DNA from: an uncultured bacterium
GTDB taxonomy: Bacteria > Verrucomicrobiota > Verrucomicrobiia > Limisphaerales > UBA8199
Direction: 5' to 3'
Assembly: GCA_963749495.1 (NCBI GenBank)
Contig: CAVVMW010000012.1
Span: forward strand, 352,001-416,000
DNA length: 64,000 bases
Below the pieces are notes generated by a model. It made no database searches and was not told where the DNA came from. It was given only the letters and a program-made list of their open reading frames with translations. Below are positions 60,214 to 64,000 of the stretch, piece after piece. Both the position numbers and the translations under genes were made by a program. Each line of letters opens with the position of its first letter. Positions within the stretch are counted from its first letter, which is position 1.

Positions 60214-61655
60214 GGCGTGGCGGCCGCGGCTGCCAGCGCGGGCGACTCCTGCGGCGGGTGCGAGGCGAGCATCGCAGCCGGGAGCGTCAGCGCCATGACG
60301 CACCCGCCGGGGCCGTTGCGCTTTAGTTCCAGGCTGGCCGAGATATGATCGGCGAGTTGTTTGCTGATGGCCAGGCCCAAACCCGCGCCCCCTTTGGTCG
60401 AACGGCACGGCACAAACAGCTTCTTCAGGGCCGCCTCCGCAAAACCGGGGCCTTCGTCGGCGATCTCGCACACGACGCCGCCGGCACGCTGGAAGAATAA
60501 GGCCCGAACGGCCTTGCCTCGGGGCGTAACCTGCAAAGCATTGGAGACGAGATTCTCCAGAATCAGGAGGACCACATTGGCATGGTGGTTCGAGAGCCGG
60601 CCCCGGGCTAAAACCCGGGCCTCCCACCGCACGCCGGAGTCCTGGGCGGCGGGGCGGACCTTGGCCTCGAGCACGCCGGCCATTTCCCGGATCGTAATCT
60701 CGTAGTATTCGCGCGGGTCCTGTTCCCCCAGCACCCGAACGACTTCGTGCACCAAGTCCTGCATCCGGCGGGTGGCGGCCAGGGCGTGCTCCCAATCGCT
60801 GTCGCCAGGATGGTCGTCGCCCTGGGCGTGCAGGAAGAGCTGCAGCGCGGCCAGCGGATTGCTCAAGCCGTGGATGAGGTGGGCGGTGACGGCGCCCAGG
60901 GCGGTGGTTTTTGCGGCCAGGGTCAGTTCGTGGTTGGCGCGCAGCAGGCGCTCGGTCCGCTCGTGCAGGAGGTGGTTGGCCCGCTCGAGACGGCGGTAGG
61001 CCCAGAGCAGCATTCCGGCCAGCAGCGCACTGCCAGAGAGGAAGACGGCCCAGGCCTCCAGACTGAGTTGGCGGTCGAGGGCAGCCGCCTTGAGGGCCAG
61101 GTCGTGGCCGTCCAGCAGGAGCTGGGCGCTGGCCAGCAACCGGCCTTGGCCGGGGGCATGGATGGGGATATTGACCTCGAGCAACGGCACGGTATTGCTC
61201 GAGGCCGTGGCGGCTGAAGGGTCCATGAGGAAGAAATCCGCCAGGTCCGCCCGATTGAAGTAGCGGCTCAGGGGCCGGAGTTGGTCCAGGGCGGCGCGCG
61301 CGACAAGCTCGAGGCTAGCTTCCCTAACATAAGGGGGAAAGGCAGTGACGAACCGTCCGTCGGCGTCATAAAGGCGAACACCGAGGACGTTGCTCTTTAC
61401 CCCTGAGATCTGCAGGGCCAGCGCGAGTTGTTCGGCCGGCGACTGCAGCCTCTCAGCCAGGTTTGTGGCCGGGCTGTTGATTAATTGGGCCTGGGCGACG
61501 GCATAGCGGATTTCGCCGTCCTGGTCTATCAGTTGGGTGCGGACGACGCGCTGGAGATGCCGGTGGCCCGCCAGGACCGCCCCGCCCAGAACCCCCAGAG
61601 CGAGCACGAGCACGAGCGTTGGCAATGTTCGTGGGCCGAACAGACTCCGCGCCAT
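60210..61655 (-). CDS. Membrane sensor histidine kinase with atypical H-box
   Basis: Two TM segments; AHLIHGLSNPL, NLVSNA, DEGPG, STKGGAGLGL. Confidence 0.9.
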   Translation of the reverse strand: MARSLFGPRTLPTLVLVLALGVLGGAVLAGHRHLQRVVRTQLIDQDGEIRYAVAQAQLINSPATNLAERLQSPAEQLALALQISGVKSNVLGVRLYDADGRFVTAFPPYVREASLELVARAALDQLRPLSRYFNRADLADFFLMDPSAATASSNTVPLLEVNIPIHAPGQGRLLASAQLLLDGHDLALKAAALDRQLSLEAWAVFLSGSALLAGMLLWAYRRLERANHLLHERTERLLRANHELTLAAKTTALGAVTAHLIHGLSNPLAALQLFLHAQGDDHPGDSDWEHALAATRRMQDLVHEVVRVLGEQDPREYYEITIREMAGVLEAKVRPAAQDSGVRWEARVLARGRLSNHHANVVLLILENLVSNALQVTPRGKAVRALFFQRAGGVVCEIADEGPGFAEAALKKLFVPCRSTKGGAGLGLAISKQLADHISASLELKRNGPGGCVMALTLPAAMLASHPPQESPALAAAAATP

Positions 61656-61662
61656 AACAAGG

Positions 61663-62889
61663 CTAAAACTGCAATTCTACGCCGACACTGAAGGTATGCG
61701 CGGAGTAATCATCGATGTCAAGGTTCGAATAGGAGCGGTCGAAGTTGTAGTTGGCCTGGAGTTTCAGGACCTTTGTGGCCTTCCATTCGGCGCGCGCATT
61801 GGCCCCCAGCCAGGTCTTGGTGCGATGAGGCCCGCCGGCAATGGCGACGGTTTGCACCGGGAAATCGTAGGCCGCCCCGCCCACCGAGGCGCTGAACATC
61901 CAGCGCCCCGCCCGGTATTCCACCTTCGGCGAGAGAGAATAACAGTCAGCATCGAAATAACCCGAGCTGTTGTCCTGGTCGGAAGCGAATCCGGCAGTCA
62001 GAGTGGTGTGCCATCGGCCGGACTGGTCCCAGCCGTGGCGCCAGGCCAATTGAACGGCCTGCGACATCATGGCAAGCGAGCTGTTCGTGAGCGCGTTTCC
62101 TTGCCGGTCGAAGTCCATCCGGTGATCATAATAGAACCTGGTCCACTGGCAACTGAGGGTCAGGTCGTCTTGCTTGCCTAGATGGCGGCCGAGCGTGAGC
62201 TTGGGGCCAAATTGCCAGTAGCTGTCCAGCGGGGACTGGAGCAACTGCCGCGTCCCCGTCATCTCGGCCTCCGCCCAGCCCGGGCCGTATTGCCCACGCA
62301 CCGAGGAGCGGCCCGTGAAGGTGTGGCCCAAGACTCGCCCGGCCCCGGGTTGCTCCGGCTCGATGGCGCTCAGGTCCATCACCTGGTCCTGGTAGGCGTA
62401 GTTCGCGCCCAGGGCGGCGGTCCAATGCTGCCCGAAGGTGCGGCTCAACTGCGCCACCCCGAACACGGTCTGCTCGTCGCTGGCTATGCTCCCGCCGAAA
62501 TAGTGGATATAATCCCCCGCGACCATGCCGTTGAAGAGCCAGTTCCCGCTGGGCAGCCGGAAGACCAGGACATCGCCGCCCCCATCCCAAAACGCGGAGC
62601 CCTGCCGATTGGTATGGCTGAGCAGGACGTTGTCCTTGTAGCCCAGCGCGTTGCGCACATCCAGACCGTAGTTCCAAAGGTGGATCTTGAACGCGTTGGT
62701 CAGGTCCTCCAGCGAGGGTTGTTGGCTGGGCGAAGCCAAGGCGCCGGCAGCAAGCAGCAGCAGCGCGGCGATGGCCACCAAGAGGATTTGCCGGGAATAG
62801 AACGCCGAATAGCCCCTCTTGCCTCCGGCCCATCCGTCCCGGAGGGACGTATGATAATAGCCCAACGTTTCAACGTTGGGTTTAGCCAT
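61663..62889 (-). CDS. Outer-membrane beta-barrel protein (start uncertain)
   Basis: Signal-like ILLVAIAALLLLAAGALA, GYKDNVLLS, alternating aromatic strands, C-terminal ...SVGVELQF beta-signal. Confidence 0.82.
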   Translation of the reverse strand: MAKPNVETLGYYHTSLRDGWAGGKRGYSAFYSRQILLVAIAALLLLAAGALASPSQQPSLEDLTNAFKIHLWNYGLDVRNALGYKDNVLLSHTNRQGSAFWDGGGDVLVFRLPSGNWLFNGMVAGDYIHYFGGSIASDEQTVFGVAQLSRTFGQHWTAALGANYAYQDQVMDLSAIEPEQPGAGRVLGHTFTGRSSVRGQYGPGWAEAEMTGTRQLLQSPLDSYWQFGPKLTLGRHLGKQDDLTLSCQWTRFYYDHRMDFDRQGNALTNSSLAMMSQAVQLAWRHGWDQSGRWHTTLTAGFASDQDNSSGYFDADCYSLSPKVEYRAGRWMFSASVGGAAYDFPVQTVAIAGGPHRTKTWLGANARAEWKATKVLKLQANYNFDRSYSNLDIDDYSAHTFSVGVELQF

Positions 62890-63023
62890 ACAAGGGCCAA
62901 CAAGTCCCGAAGGGACGGCTGACAGCGCCCAACCTTTCGGCCGTCCCTTCGGGACTCGTGACGGCTTAGACGCTCCTACCCAACGTTGAAACGTTGGGCT
63001 ATTCTCGCATGTCCCTCCGGGAC
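62836..63023. repeat. Second copy of the GTCCCGAAGGGAC REPIN-like element
   Basis: Matches 14792-14977. Confidence 0.92.
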
Positions 63024-63406
63024 AGGCACATGGCCCGGACGCGCGTCTGGGTTCGTCGCCCAATCCCGACGGCATCCCCCAAGCATGTCCGCGCTCCAAT
63101 AGCCAGGTCCGCCGCGCGGACGCGCTCGTCCGCCCTCTTTCGCGCTCGCCTGAGCAATTACGCAGCAGCACTGTTATCAACCGGGGTTCGGCGGGTGGCG
63201 TCTGCCCGGAGGCGCACCACACCGCGCTCCGGCAGTATGACGACGCGAGCGTTGGGTGTCGAGTCCAATGCCGCCCCACCAAAACAGGCGACAGGTGAAT
63301 CCTGTCTCACACCCCCAAAAAGAAACCATCATGCGGTGTGAAGCCGCATGATGGCTCTTACCTATCGGGCCAGCCAGTCGCCAAGCCAATCGCCCGGGAA
63401 CACGGA

Positions 63407-63877
63407 TTATGGGCGAGGCTTGCCGTGGCCCGAAGTCGGGGGGCCGCCGGCGCCGGGAGCATTGCCGGGGCCGAAATTGCCGCCAAAGCGCGAGCGCATG
63501 TCCAAGGCCTGGTCCCTGGCCTGCTGGGTCATATCCCTCAATTGGCCCTGCAATTGGTCGCGCAGTTGGGACAACTGCTGAAGCACCTGCTGACGCTGGG
63601 CGTCGTTGGCGCCTTGGAGGCTGTTCATCAGTTGCTTGCTCTCCTGTTGGAACTGCTGGATCAGGCTTTGCACGTCCTTGGGCAGGTCGGATGCAGCATT
63701 TTTTCCGTGAGGAATGACGCCTTGAGTTTTTTTCTTCCCCCGCACAGCCGGCAGATTGGTCAAACTGCTCGTGTTGGTCCACCAGCCTGGTCCAGGCATT
63801 TGGGCGCTGACCGGGGAGGGGACCTGCGTAAGGGCAAATCCCATCGAGCAGACTAACAGGATGATGTTTCTTCTCAT
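63407..63877 (-). CDS. Exported Gln-rich helical protein
   Basis: Signal peptide MRRNIILLV...VSA; LP.DV..LI.QF coiled-coil-like region; Gly/Pro tail. Confidence 0.8.
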   Translation of the reverse strand: MRRNIILLVCSMGFALTQVPSPVSAQMPGPGWWTNTSSLTNLPAVRGKKKTQGVIPHGKNAASDLPKDVQSLIQQFQQESKQLMNSLQGANDAQRQQVLQQLSQLRDQLQGQLRDMTQQARDQALDMRSRFGGNFGPGNAPGAGGPPTSGHGKPRP

Positions 63878-63948
63878 AATCGCCACTTTTGGCCTTCGGA
63901 TTAACTGCTCAAATGCCCCATCCCCACCCTCTGCAATCCAGGCATAAA

Positions 63949-63964
63949 GCACAGCGGGTGCCAA
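63949..63964 (-). promoter_or_regulatory. Probable sigma54 promoter
   Basis: TTGGCAC-CCGCT-GTGCT, about 72 nt upstream of ATG 63877. Confidence 0.7.
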
Positions 63965-64000
63965 CATCTAGTGAAACACGCAAGACATTTAACCACAAGC

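Noticed and set aside
1..64000. tRNA or rRNA genes
   Set aside because: None recognised by eye; a covariance scan was not possible

Overview
GC-rich bacterial chromosome segment, most likely Verrucomicrobiota (Pedosphaera/Limisphaera-like), inferred from the long GreA, the protein style and the repeat content. Single-base indels split several genes (greA, RND permease, TolB-like, IS4 transposase), which points to an imperfect long-read consensus. Contents in order: the 3' part of a giant Ig/carboxypeptidase-repeat/LamG surface-protein gene cut off by an IS66-like element carrying a DUF4338 gene; phosphatase, TolB-like, AlgI/AlgJ-like, rhodanese and Clp-N genes; two decayed genes; rsmB and greA; an IS4-family element inserted in a palindromic repeat; dnaE; a restriction-modification/HicAB patch; LysR plus an RND pump; two arylsulfotransferase-like genes with a sigma54 two-component set; a PilC/GspF gene, nitrilase, VapBC, thiD; and a sigma54-preceded operon (secreted protein, beta-barrel, kinase, beta-propeller protein). 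Most notable signals: (1) many REP-like hairpins and 7/9/12-mer repeats, several in frame inside proteins including DnaE; (2) three unrelated exported proteins share a C-terminal S-x-[DN]-L-x-x-W...FYR domain and lie near sigma54 promoters and a beta-barrel gene; (3) exported proteins show strong Thr-Asn (TN over NT) asymmetry. All family assignments are by eye; no searches were run.
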